DNA from: Promethearchaeota archaeon | GTDB lineage: Archaea; Asgardarchaeota; Lokiarchaeia; Sigyniarchaeales; SOKP01 | DNA length: 27,708 nt | NCBI GenBank assembly: GCA_048938005.1 | Contig: JBHLMQ010000039.1 | Span: 1-27,708, forward strand | Direction: 5' to 3' | Part shown: piece by piece, positions 8,345 through 17,415 of the stretch | How positions within the stretch are numbered: position 1 is the first letter of the stretch | Layout: each line of letters begins with the position of its first letter | Program-made: the position numbers and the translations under genes | The notes under the pieces: generated by a model | Database searches by the model: none | What the model saw: the letters and a program-made list of their open reading frames with translations, nothing else | What the model was told of the DNA's origin: nothing

Positions 8345-9436
8345 TTATATCCTTCTTTTACGGTATATGTAGACTGCAATTCCAAAAATTAACCCAATAG
8401 AACCTAGTATAATTATTAAGATCCAGTAATTAAATTCAACCATCCAAATTTCTTCGTATAATCTGGATAATCCACCTAATATATTTAATGTTTCAAAGGC
8501 ATAATAAGTAGAAACAATTGAAGATGATTTTTGATCAATCCTTTCAGTAATTTCTATAAATCCTCCATCTTGAAAGTTTTGACGAGCTAATACCCAATTT
8601 ATAGTGGCTCCTCTTTCTAATTCACTATTAGATATTAAAGAAATCGCTTTTACACAGAAATATGTACTACTTAATTGTGCATATTCTGCGATTTGATGAG
8701 GTAAATATCCACCAAAATTATTGGTATCTGCTGTAGTATTGATATAGAGAGATGCAAAGTAAGTTAAAGTCATGTTAATATCAACAAGATCGCTTACATT
8801 ACCTACAAGTTCATATAATATGAGTGTTGTGAAATATGTATCAATTAATGTAGATGTTAGACTTTGATTTCCTCCATATCCACCATCACTATTATTACAA
8901 GATAGAACCCAATTCTTATGAAGTGTAATATTATCTATTGTTTTGTTAATTAAAAAATAAATTTGAATAACATAGTAAGTTGAGCTTATACTTGCTGATG
9001 CTGAACTATTTGAATAAGAAAATCCACCACTTACTTGTTCAGTATCATTAATATATTTATAAATTCTGTTAGTATATTCTGTATCAATCTCATGATCTAA
9101 AATTTTTAGAGATTTCAAAAGATAATATAAATTATACAAGTCTACATTGTCAGTATCAAACATATCTTTTATATTATCTTCTAAATTAGTTCGAAGCGTC
9201 TCAATATCATTTGGATTTTTTCCGTAAGCATCCAAGATATCCAATGCGTAGGCTGTTGCTTCAATAGAAACACTATTATTGTTAGCATTTGCAAAGCCTT
9301 CACTCCCAAATTCATTACTATAAATAAAACTAGTTAAATATGACTGTCGTGTCTTTGCTAATACAGAGGGAATAAATACACTCGGAATAAGCAATATAAA
9401 TATGATGCTAATAAAATTCCGAATTTTGTGTTTCAA
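8345..9436 (-). CDS. Secreted, membrane-anchored prenyltransferase/squalene-oxidase-repeat (alpha/alpha barrel) glycoprotein
   Basis: N-terminal signal peptide. Repeats of W/Y-x-Q/N-x-DGG-F/Y ... ST(Y)(Y/F) (SGGFS, NSDGGYGG, NFGGY, QDGGF). C-terminal TM helix plus RKRRI, and about 10 N-x-S/T sequons. Confidence 0.8.
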   Translation of the reverse strand: MKHKIRNFISIIFILLIPSVFIPSVLAKTRQSYLTSFIYSNEFGSEGFANANNNSVSIEATAYALDILDAYGKNPNDIETLRTNLEDNIKDMFDTDNVDLYNLYYLLKSLKILDHEIDTEYTNRIYKYINDTEQVSGGFSYSNSSASASISSTYYVIQIYFLINKTIDNITLHKNWVLSCNNSDGGYGGNQSLTSTLIDTYFTTLILYELVGNVSDLVDINMTLTYFASLYINTTADTNNFGGYLPHQIAEYAQLSSTYFCVKAISLISNSELERGATINWVLARQNFQDGGFIEITERIDQKSSSIVSTYYAFETLNILGGLSRLYEEIWMVEFNYWILIIILGSIGLIFGIAVYIYRKRRI

Positions 9437-9592
9437 TTAAAAATACCTATCTGATAATTTCAAAATTTAATTTTTTAAATCTATCTTGAAATTAAAAATT
9501 AACTATATCTTTTAAGACCTTGAAGTAAAATTTTAACATTTTAAAATTGAGTTGAAAAATTAATTTAAAAGGTAAAAAATCTTTTCATTTAC

Positions 9593-11110
9593 TTAAAGAA
9601 TTTCGCTAATATCCCGATATAATAGTTCTCTATTTGTTTGGAACTGTTCATAAGTAATAAAAAGCTGTTGGAATGAAGGCAAGCTTCCAAGAATAGCTGC
9701 GCCAGTAAATATAGCAAATTGAAGATTATCAGGTACAAAAAATTTGAGAACTTTACTTGCTGATTCCATAAATTCAGAAAATTCTTGAGCAGGTGTTTTT
9801 TTTGTTAATTCTTCTGGTAGATCTGCTGTTTCTAAAGATTCTATAGGCTTGCCACAATAAGGACAAAAAAGTGAATCCATATCAATAATTTCTTTGTTAC
9901 AATGTGGACATTTTTCTTGTTTTTTTTGTTTGATTTCCCCTGGTGCTCCAATTTTAATTTCAGGTAAAAATAATACACCTCCACAGGATGGACATAATTC
10001 TAATCCATTAGTAAGGCGAACAAAAGTTCCACAATGTGGACAAGTATCTTCCTTCTTCTTTGAAATTTCGACGGCCTGGAGTTTTAATAATTCACTTTTA
10101 ACTGCTGAAAGAGGTGCAACTGGTTTAGGAATTGAACCTAATTGTGGAAGAAGTAAATCTAACTCCGACTCAAATCGTTCTTGAAAGCCACTATAAGAAA
10201 GATTTCCTCCAGAAAAAACTACATGAGATAAAAGATTATGCCAATAATGATTATCAATGCTCCTCAAACATGCAATTATTGCTTGTGGTATATTCATGAT
10301 ATTTCCATAACCTAATATCCCAGGATTAAATAGTACCTCTGGAGCTTGATAGAGAATATAAGTTGGAACTTTTATGGTTGAACCATCTGGCATGGGAACC
10401 TTAAACATCTCTCCTGTTTTTGGTGGCTTATTTGGATCTAACACGAAATAACAATTTTTTTCTTTTATGTCTTGAATAATTTCATCTGCAGCACTAGAGG
10501 CAATACTTACACCTTCTCTCATCAAAAGCCCCTTTAAGTTTTGGTTAACGTCAATTCCAGCTAAAGGAAGCTTCTGAATCGCATGTTCGACCATTTTTCC
10601 GTTAATGATTGGTACTATCCAAGTGAGTCCTTCTCCTGACTCGATGACTAATCCTGTTGTCAATCCAACACTAAATAATGAAAGTAAAGGTGTTGGCATC
10701 ATTATTAGACTTCTTACGCGATGTGTCTCAAAAAAAACTCTCGCAATAAACTCCTTAGTCTCTCTATGCATGAATGGAGTTTCACAATAAAATACAGGAT
10801 AATTAGAAAGATTTTCAATTCTAAGTAGTGAATAAAAAATGTAATTTAGGATTTCGTAGTAGCTGTCCCAGTCCATAATTTCTCCTCGGGCTATAGGATG
10901 TTTAATCTTGAGAACGCCACGCATTCGAGATACATCGTTTCCAACATATATAGATCTAGCACTAACATCTACCATTACAGATTTATATTTTTCAGTTCCG
11001 GTAATACAGGGAAATACAAATCTAGGTCCAGGTTCTCCTGCAAAACCGATTTTAACGTATGCCGAGCCGATATCAATTATAATTGGTGTTCCAGGTAAAG
11101 GTAGTGCCAT
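9593..11110 (-). CDS. Actin-related protein (Asgard ARP) with an internal double zinc-ribbon insertion
   Basis: Colinear with actin: IIDIGSAYVKIGFAGEPGPRFVFP (P1 loop), HPIARGEIMDWD, TTGLVIESGEGLTWIVPI (P2 loop), DIKEKNCY, MPDGSTI, APEVLFNP, VVFSGGN and IFTGAAILGSLPSFQQLFIT. Insert carries CPHC, CPSC, CPHC and CPYC. Confidence 0.95.
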   Translation of the reverse strand: MALPLPGTPIIIDIGSAYVKIGFAGEPGPRFVFPCITGTEKYKSVMVDVSARSIYVGNDVSRMRGVLKIKHPIARGEIMDWDSYYEILNYIFYSLLRIENLSNYPVFYCETPFMHRETKEFIARVFFETHRVRSLIMMPTPLLSLFSVGLTTGLVIESGEGLTWIVPIINGKMVEHAIQKLPLAGIDVNQNLKGLLMREGVSIASSAADEIIQDIKEKNCYFVLDPNKPPKTGEMFKVPMPDGSTIKVPTYILYQAPEVLFNPGILGYGNIMNIPQAIIACLRSIDNHYWHNLLSHVVFSGGNLSYSGFQERFESELDLLLPQLGSIPKPVAPLSAVKSELLKLQAVEISKKKEDTCPHCGTFVRLTNGLELCPSCGGVLFLPEIKIGAPGEIKQKKQEKCPHCNKEIIDMDSLFCPYCGKPIESLETADLPEELTKKTPAQEFSEFMESASKVLKFFVPDNLQFAIFTGAAILGSLPSFQQLFITYEQFQTNRELLYRDISEIL

Positions 11111-11212
11111 TTTCTATCAATACTGTATTTTTTTTGGTTTTTCTTATTAATAATCTAAAATTAATGATTTTTATAATTATTTTATAAAATTTATAAATAA
11201 GAATTCTTTTAA

Positions 11213-11638
11213 TTATTTTTTCATTAGGTCATAAAGTGTTTGTAAAATCTGGTTACGTAAGACTAAACCAATTAGTTCATTATGTTCATTCACTACAGGT
11301 AATCTTTGAACTTTTTTATCAAACATTATCTCCAATACACTCATTAATGTGTCATCCTTTTTTACAACAAAAGGCTCCGAAGTCATTAAATCCTTAACAG
11401 TTGTATTTGGTGATTCTAAGCTCATTGCAAATCTAGCAAGACGTATATCTCTTTGTGTAATAATGCCAATGAGTTGCCTATTATTACGATCTTTCACAAC
11501 AGGAAGTCCGCCAATATTCTTTCTTACCATTAAAAGTTCTGCGGCACTTATTTTTTCATTAGGAAAGGTAAAAAGTGGATTTTTCATCATGATATTTGAT
11601 ACTTTTATTTCACCAAATTTTTTTAAGCGGTTTTCCAT
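11213..11638 (-). CDS. CBS-pair (Bateman) domain protein
   Basis: Two CBS repeats: KVSNIM..NIGGLPVV..LIGIITQRDI and TVKDLMT..KVQRLPVVN..LIGLV. Confidence 0.93.
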   Translation of the reverse strand: MENRLKKFGEIKVSNIMMKNPLFTFPNEKISAAELLMVRKNIGGLPVVKDRNNRQLIGIITQRDIRLARFAMSLESPNTTVKDLMTSEPFVVKKDDTLMSVLEIMFDKKVQRLPVVNEHNELIGLVLRNQILQTLYDLMKK

Positions 11639-11729
11639 AATGAAATACCATATTTAGAGAATTTTTAATAAGTGTACATATCTAATTTCCTTATTGAAAA
11701 TAATCAATATTGAAATTAAAATATATTTA

Positions 11730-12110
11730 TTAGCTAATATTCATTGTTTCTCCAAGCTTCTTTTCAATTTTTTTTATTTCTTTTAAATAATTCTTATAGA
11801 CCTCTAGTAAATGTTGCCCCCATTCATTTAGTTTTACCCATCCACCTCCACCACGACCTCCTTTACCTGTTAATACTACAGGTTTACCAGTTCTTTTCTC
11901 TATTCTCTTTAAAATATTCCAGGCGTATTTATATGAATAATTGCATTCTTTTGCTGCTTGCGTTAATGACCCCGTTTCATTTTTTTCAATATGATAGAGC
12001 AAATTTGCCCAACCAGAACCCAATATACTTTTATTCTCGAATTCTAACCAAAATTTAATACCAAACCTTATTTTAGATTTTAAATCTTCAATTTTGGGTT
12101 CTTTAGACAT
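11730..12110 (-). CDS. ModE N-terminal-type winged-helix transcriptional regulator (no molybdate-binding TOBE domains)
   Basis: ILGSG...LL..I...GSLTQAAKECNYSYKYAWNILKRIE...GKPVV..GKGGRGGGGWVKLNEWG, the ModE/LysR-type HTH signature. Confidence 0.88.
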   Translation of the reverse strand: MSKEPKIEDLKSKIRFGIKFWLEFENKSILGSGWANLLYHIEKNETGSLTQAAKECNYSYKYAWNILKRIEKRTGKPVVLTGKGGRGGGGWVKLNEWGQHLLEVYKNYLKEIKKIEKKLGETMNIS

Positions 12111-12221
12111 AATTATTATTTATTTTTAGATTATTTAATAATTTGTTATAAATTTCAACAGAAAAACATTAAAATTAAGCTATTTTTATTTGTTTAAAAT
12201 TAAGTTAAGGTTCGAAATTAT

Positions 12222-12971
12222 ATGTTTTTTTCAAGTGGAGAGGCAGAAAAAAGAGGCACAGAAGTTATAAAAAACCTATACTTTTTTTCAGAAAATCAGA
12301 TGCTCGATTGTAATCAATACATCATTGAAGATCAAGATTCAAAAGAGTTAATGTTATTTGATGCTGGAAATGGGATGTCACTAAAAGGATTATTTAAAGG
12401 AATGGAGAAATATAATCTCAAATATTATAACATTACTAAGGTATTTTTAACTCACGAGCATGTGGATCATGTCTTGGGTTTATATCCATTATTGAAAGCC
12501 TTAAAGGATGACCCTCCTGAAGTTTTTGCTTATGGTCAAACTGCTACAATCTTAGAATCTGGAAATAAATCTCAAATTTGCCCAGATATACTAGGAATCG
12601 ATCTTGAATTGTTTGGAATTGAGATTCTGCCGTTGAAAATTAACAACCTAAACAATTTAAAAGAAATTAAGGTATCTTTTGATTTTACTTTTCAAATCTA
12701 TTATACACCTGGTCATTCCTTAGGATCAATTTGCTATTATGAACCTAACAAAAAAGTGTTAATCGCGGGAGATTTAGTTTTTATTGGAGGGAGTTTTGGA
12801 AGGTATGATTTTCCAGGAGGATCATTAAAAGCATTGATTAATTCGATCAAATATGTGAATAATTTAGATGTAAAATATCTCCTTCCTGGTCATATGGGAA
12901 TTAGTAATAATGGTAATCAACAAATTAGTTTATCATATAGAATGATACAATCAATTGGACGTTTTTACTAG
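12222..12971 (+). CDS. MBL-fold metallo-hydrolase (glyoxalase II-like)
   Basis: LFDAG, THEHVDH (HxHxDH), TPGHSLGS, IAGDLVF..GSFGRYDFPGG and LLPGHMG. Confidence 0.93.
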   Translation: MFFSSGEAEKRGTEVIKNLYFFSENQMLDCNQYIIEDQDSKELMLFDAGNGMSLKGLFKGMEKYNLKYYNITKVFLTHEHVDHVLGLYPLLKALKDDPPEVFAYGQTATILESGNKSQICPDILGIDLELFGIEILPLKINNLNNLKEIKVSFDFTFQIYYTPGHSLGSICYYEPNKKVLIAGDLVFIGGSFGRYDFPGGSLKALINSIKYVNNLDVKYLLPGHMGISNNGNQQISLSYRMIQSIGRFY

Positions 12972-13157
12972 TTAATCCTTATTAGCTTAGAATTTTATTA
13001 TAAAAATTTGTTTATCGTATAATAACGGATGTTAAGAAACGATATCTGCTTTTAAATCAACTCTAAAAGATACTAATATTTAAATAACACATCTATCTAT
13101 TATTTTAATAATCCTCTATAAATTTAAAAAAAAATTAAGATAGAGTGAAAATATATT

Positions 13158-13832
13158 ATGCCCGAAGAAAAAAAAAAGCCTAAGTACCCGGATGAAATAT
13201 ATGTCCGTTCTTATCCGAAGGTGATTTTCTACTGGCCTCTACTAATTACAAGTTTAATTTTATGGTTAATTCAATGGATTATGGGCGACCCTCCTATTTC
13301 AGTATTAGGTTATATCTGGTTTATAGTTTTCTTTGTAAATATCTTCGTAACTGCTTTTGATTTCTCTTCAACTAAATTCTTTGTTTTAATTTTAGCAATT
13401 GTGATCGTTATTTTGGTAGTAGTCTTCTTAGTTTTGCCAAATTTCGCATTGCCACCTTCGATAGTGGATATCTTTTTGGGATTACCATACCAGTTCTATA
13501 TGGTGATGTCACTAATATTACTTTTCATTTTAGGGATTGTGGTAATTAGTACTAGATTTGAATATTATAAAATCGAAAGAAATGAAATCCATCATAAAAA
13601 GGGTATTTTCAGTTCAGCTGAACGATTCCCAGTAAAAAGCTTACGATTCAAGAAAGAGATTCCTGATGTTTTTGAGTTCTTCATGTTAAGAGCTGGCAAG
13701 TTAACAATTATGCCAGGTAAGGCTGACGAAGTCCGGATACTTCCCACCGTCTTGAACATTAATAAAAAGGAAGAGCAGCTTGATTGGTTGCTTTCTCATG
13801 TATCAGTTGAACCAGATGAAATAGACCAGTGA
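13158..13832 (+). CDS. Hypothetical membrane protein (about 4 TM) with a soluble C-terminal domain resembling bacterial PH (bPH_2/DUF304)
   Basis: Hydrophobic segments at aa ~23-132, then YYKIERNEIHHKKGIFSSAERFPV....K..PDVFEFFMLRAGKLTI, which resembles the bPH_2 pattern. Confidence 0.6.
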   Translation: MPEEKKKPKYPDEIYVRSYPKVIFYWPLLITSLILWLIQWIMGDPPISVLGYIWFIVFFVNIFVTAFDFSSTKFFVLILAIVIVILVVVFLVLPNFALPPSIVDIFLGLPYQFYMVMSLILLFILGIVVISTRFEYYKIERNEIHHKKGIFSSAERFPVKSLRFKKEIPDVFEFFMLRAGKLTIMPGKADEVRILPTVLNINKKEEQLDWLLSHVSVEPDEIDQ

Positions 13833-13943
13833 TTAAATAAACAGAAATTTCATAAATTATTCATTTTTTTTTTAATATTTTACCTTTTTAAAATGCACAT
13901 TTTGATTAAATTTAAGTGTTAAATCATACTTTTTAACACACTC

Positions 13944-14669
13944 ATGTCTCATCAATCAATAATACTGTTTGATTTTGATGGTGTAATTATTACTCAAAAA
14001 TCTCTTGAATATTCAGCATCTAAATTTATAAAAAAAGAATTTTATAGATGGCAAAATATAGAAAATATGAGGCTTATAGATTTTGCAAGACTTTTTGAGG
14101 AATCAGACTCAAAAAACAGATTGTTGGCTTTAATAAGAATTAATAAGGTCTACAAACCGTTTATTCCAAGTATATGGCGCAGAAATCTATTTTTCATAAA
14201 ATTTAGACGTATGTATCCGAAATTTGAAAAATTTGAAGTTTTAAAACCGAATCTAAGGGAAGTTTTAATACAGCTTAAAAAGAACCATATTCTTTTAGGA
14301 ATTGTTTCTAACACTAGTAAAAAGAGATTAAATTATTTTATAAAAAAATTGAAACTAGATAAATATTTTTCTGTCTTTATTTCTCGCGATGATTCTCCTT
14401 ATAGAAAACCAAATCCTTATCCAATTATAGCAGCATTATTGAAAATTAAGAAAAACTTCAGTTACTCTATAAATAAAGATAACGTATACTATATTGGTGA
14501 TCTTCCCGCAGATGTTGAATGTGCTAAGAATGCAAAAATCAAAAGCATTGCTTTACTTTCAGGTCATGGTACGAGAGAAGATTTAGAAAAATCTAATCCA
14601 ACTTTTTTGCTTCAAGATATTAAGAATATTTTGGAAATTGAAGAATTCAAAAAATTCTTATTAGATTAA
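13944..14669 (+). CDS. HAD-superfamily hydrolase (phosphoglycolate phosphatase-like)
   Basis: Motif I ILFDFDGVI, motif II GIVSNT, motif III KPNPYPI, motif IV YIGDLPADVECAKNA. Confidence 0.92.
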   Translation: MSHQSIILFDFDGVIITQKSLEYSASKFIKKEFYRWQNIENMRLIDFARLFEESDSKNRLLALIRINKVYKPFIPSIWRRNLFFIKFRRMYPKFEKFEVLKPNLREVLIQLKKNHILLGIVSNTSKKRLNYFIKKLKLDKYFSVFISRDDSPYRKPNPYPIIAALLKIKKNFSYSINKDNVYYIGDLPADVECAKNAKIKSIALLSGHGTREDLEKSNPTFLLQDIKNILEIEEFKKFLLD

Positions 14670-14688
14670 ACACTCAAATACATTAGGT

Positions 14689-17415
14689 ATGTTTAATCTT
14701 GATGAATTTGAAAATAGTTTAATTATTGAAAAAGTTGACAAACTTAACAAATATTTTAGTAAAAATAAAACGGATAAAATAAAAAAAATAGTAAATGAAT
14801 TAGAAAATCTATTAGATAAACAAAACTATATTGTAACTTTAACATATATATTTTCAGTCTTATCGGAAAATAGAATAGAACTCATTTCTGAAGATTTAAT
14901 ACAAAAGATTGAAGTTTTGCTTCACTCTGAAAATGTGAAATTAAAAATTAATTCACTAATAATAATCGGATTTTCGATGTTAGCAAATTCAGAATATATC
15001 GATAGATATTTTCAAGAATATGTAAAATTTCTGATAGATGACTCTGAAGATGTTAGAAATAATATATATTATATCTTACAAAAATTAGTCGAAAAAAATC
15101 CAAATTTAGTAAATTCATTTATAGATGTGTTATTAGAAAGTCTTTCGATAGAAAAAAATAAACATAATATCATTTCTTTATTAAATTTTCTAGATTATTC
15201 CGAGAATTTAGAATTTGATCAACTATATCGCTTTAGAAGTATTTCAAAATCATTAATTACCTCACTTGAAGATAAAAAAGCAAATCAAGTTTTAATTAAA
15301 TTAATAAAACTTATCAAAAAGTTTTTTCCGTTACTTAAACAGTTGGATTTGGAGAATCAAAATACTAAGAACGTATTAAAAATATTAGATAATCAATTTT
15401 TAATGAAAAAACATAATTTCACTTCATTAAGTAAGAATTCAAACCTAACTTTAAAAGAATATTTAAAAAAATTTGCAAAATCAAATCTTAAGGATAAAAA
15501 AGTCTATTTCTATATAAAAACAAAAGAAAATTTGATTTATATCTATGAGTTAGAAAAAATGAAATTAACGAATTTCTTTGAAGAAGAAATGAGAATATCT
15601 GATGAGAAGATTAGTAGTAGCTTTTCTCAAATCATAGATAATGATTCCGAATTACATATTTTTATCAGAACTTTAATTAAGTTAAAAATAATTGATGGTT
15701 ATTATTCTAATATTGGATATTTTTATCCCTATATCTTTCTAAAAGCGAAATTCTTAGATGAGTGTCAATTAACTGGTTCGATAGATTTAAAGCATTATAA
15801 TTTCCTTCCACAAAAATTTATTTATAGGATTATCAATGATATTTCTAAATCTACTAATCAAAAATTTTTAAAAAGCAAAGATCTCGAAAGATATTACTCA
15901 TTAAAAAAATTTCAGGATGAAATTAATTTAGAAGCTGCGAAAAATAGTGTTATAGACCTTAAATCATTTCGCGAAATTTTATTAGAGGAAGATTTCATTA
16001 AGTTAATAAAAAGTTTACCAAGGGAATATTTATCGGATTTTCATAAAGGAACTCAGTGGTTAACTAATTTAGGTACACAAAAAATTACAAATGAAGTTCA
16101 AAATTCTAAAATAGTAGGTTATTTCGATATTTTGAGAATTTCATATAAATTAAAAATAGCAGAACTTTTGCTATTAGATGTATTTGATCAATTTGTGGAT
16201 TATAGAAGTGGAATTTGGAATAGGAAAAAAAATATTTTTTATTATTCAAAATATCTAAAAGATAAAATCAATAAAATTAGTTTAATTCCTGATAATAAAG
16301 AAAAATTAAAACAAATTGATAACGTTTCCACGGACCTTGATATCGATAAAAACCATATTCTATCTAAGATTGATGAAAATTTACAATCATTTGCTGAAGA
16401 GATAAAATTGAAAAAAGAAATAAAAATCAGTGAATACCTTGAAAAAACTGGAATGAATATCGATGTATTTATGAAATTTGTGGATGATCTAGGAATCTCT
16501 TATTTTAAGAAAGCAGATCTATTAATATTTAATCCACAAAAGATAGAAGAGGCTAAGAATGATATTAAATACATGTTAATTGATAAATCAAAATCTGATT
16601 ATTATATTTCTTTAGGAACTTATGATATTACTTCTAGTTTAATTAAAGATTTGATTAATGATTTATTAATAGATGGAAAATTAAAGGGAATTTTTCATGA
16701 AAATGAAGGAGAGGTTCTTTTTTATACAGAACGAGGAATTCGGAATTTAATGTTGGAAAATAGTTTACTCTTTTCCTTTTATGATTTATTTTATGGCAAG
16801 GATTTAAATCGAACTGAGATTGATTTGTTGAAAGAAATTTTTGATGATTTATTGAAAAATAAGAAGATTAAAGGGACGTTCGATGAAGAATCTTTAACTT
16901 TTTCCAGTGATGAGGTAATATTTGCTAAAGATTATAATACAGTTCTCTTTGATTATGAAAAAATGGTCAACACTTACACTAAGAGGTTTGAAACTGAATT
17001 TCAAAAAATAAAGAATATACTAACTAAAAAGGAAGAAACTATTTATCCACAAGAGATAAAAATCATTCAAGAAATTATTGATAAAATAAATGAAAAATAT
17101 GTTAGTTGGAGAAGCAGTTTGGATATTTTTATCCATAGAGCTAATAAGAAATTATTAAGAGATCAAGGTATTACTGTAAAAAAATACAAGAATTTTTTTC
17201 CAAAAGAAAAGAAAGAAGAAATAAAATCTTTACAAGAAGACCCTGAAGTATATGATCTATTAAATAATTTTAAGACCTGGGTAAAAATATTTAATAAACT
17301 CGAACTAAAATATCCAAATGTAATATTTTACCAGAAAAGGTTAATAAATAACCCAAATGATAAGGAATCTAAAAATAAATTAAAAAATTTGTTAGAGGAA
17401 CTAGATTTAAATTAA
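14689..17415 (+). CDS. Large hypothetical scaffold protein: N-terminal HEAT/ARM-like repeats, central tandem winged-helix (UFL1/DDRGK/PCI-like) repeats, helical C-terminus
   Basis: HEAT-like segments LLHSENVKLKINSLIIIG and FLIDDSEDVRNNIYYILQKL. WH-like units ending LIKLKIIDGYY, LLIDGKLKGIF and LLKNKKIKGTFDEE, plus repeated Y/F-Y-x-x-x-L...E....G.I.L motifs. Confidence 0.6.
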   Translation: MFNLDEFENSLIIEKVDKLNKYFSKNKTDKIKKIVNELENLLDKQNYIVTLTYIFSVLSENRIELISEDLIQKIEVLLHSENVKLKINSLIIIGFSMLANSEYIDRYFQEYVKFLIDDSEDVRNNIYYILQKLVEKNPNLVNSFIDVLLESLSIEKNKHNIISLLNFLDYSENLEFDQLYRFRSISKSLITSLEDKKANQVLIKLIKLIKKFFPLLKQLDLENQNTKNVLKILDNQFLMKKHNFTSLSKNSNLTLKEYLKKFAKSNLKDKKVYFYIKTKENLIYIYELEKMKLTNFFEEEMRISDEKISSSFSQIIDNDSELHIFIRTLIKLKIIDGYYSNIGYFYPYIFLKAKFLDECQLTGSIDLKHYNFLPQKFIYRIINDISKSTNQKFLKSKDLERYYSLKKFQDEINLEAAKNSVIDLKSFREILLEEDFIKLIKSLPREYLSDFHKGTQWLTNLGTQKITNEVQNSKIVGYFDILRISYKLKIAELLLLDVFDQFVDYRSGIWNRKKNIFYYSKYLKDKINKISLIPDNKEKLKQIDNVSTDLDIDKNHILSKIDENLQSFAEEIKLKKEIKISEYLEKTGMNIDVFMKFVDDLGISYFKKADLLIFNPQKIEEAKNDIKYMLIDKSKSDYYISLGTYDITSSLIKDLINDLLIDGKLKGIFHENEGEVLFYTERGIRNLMLENSLLFSFYDLFYGKDLNRTEIDLLKEIFDDLLKNKKIKGTFDEESLTFSSDEVIFAKDYNTVLFDYEKMVNTYTKRFETEFQKIKNILTKKEETIYPQEIKIIQEIIDKINEKYVSWRSSLDIFIHRANKKLLRDQGITVKKYKNFFPKEKKEEIKSLQEDPEVYDLLNNFKTWVKIFNKLELKYPNVIFYQKRLINNPNDKESKNKLKNLLEELDLN

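Noticed and set aside
9593-11110. Annotation as bona fide lokiactin or MreB
   Set aside because: Too divergent at catalytic positions and carries a large insert; the motifs are actin-type, not MreB-type.
5492-12110. Seven co-oriented minus-strand genes as one operon
   Set aside because: Most gaps are 90-210 nt of AT-rich sequence with room for separate promoters and terminators, and the functions are unrelated. Only the longin-DRG gap (21 nt) supports coupling.
13830-13875. Selenocysteine read-through of the TGA stop of the membrane protein
   Set aside because: The downstream frame is short, AT-rich and terminator-like, with no redox motif or recognisable SECIS.
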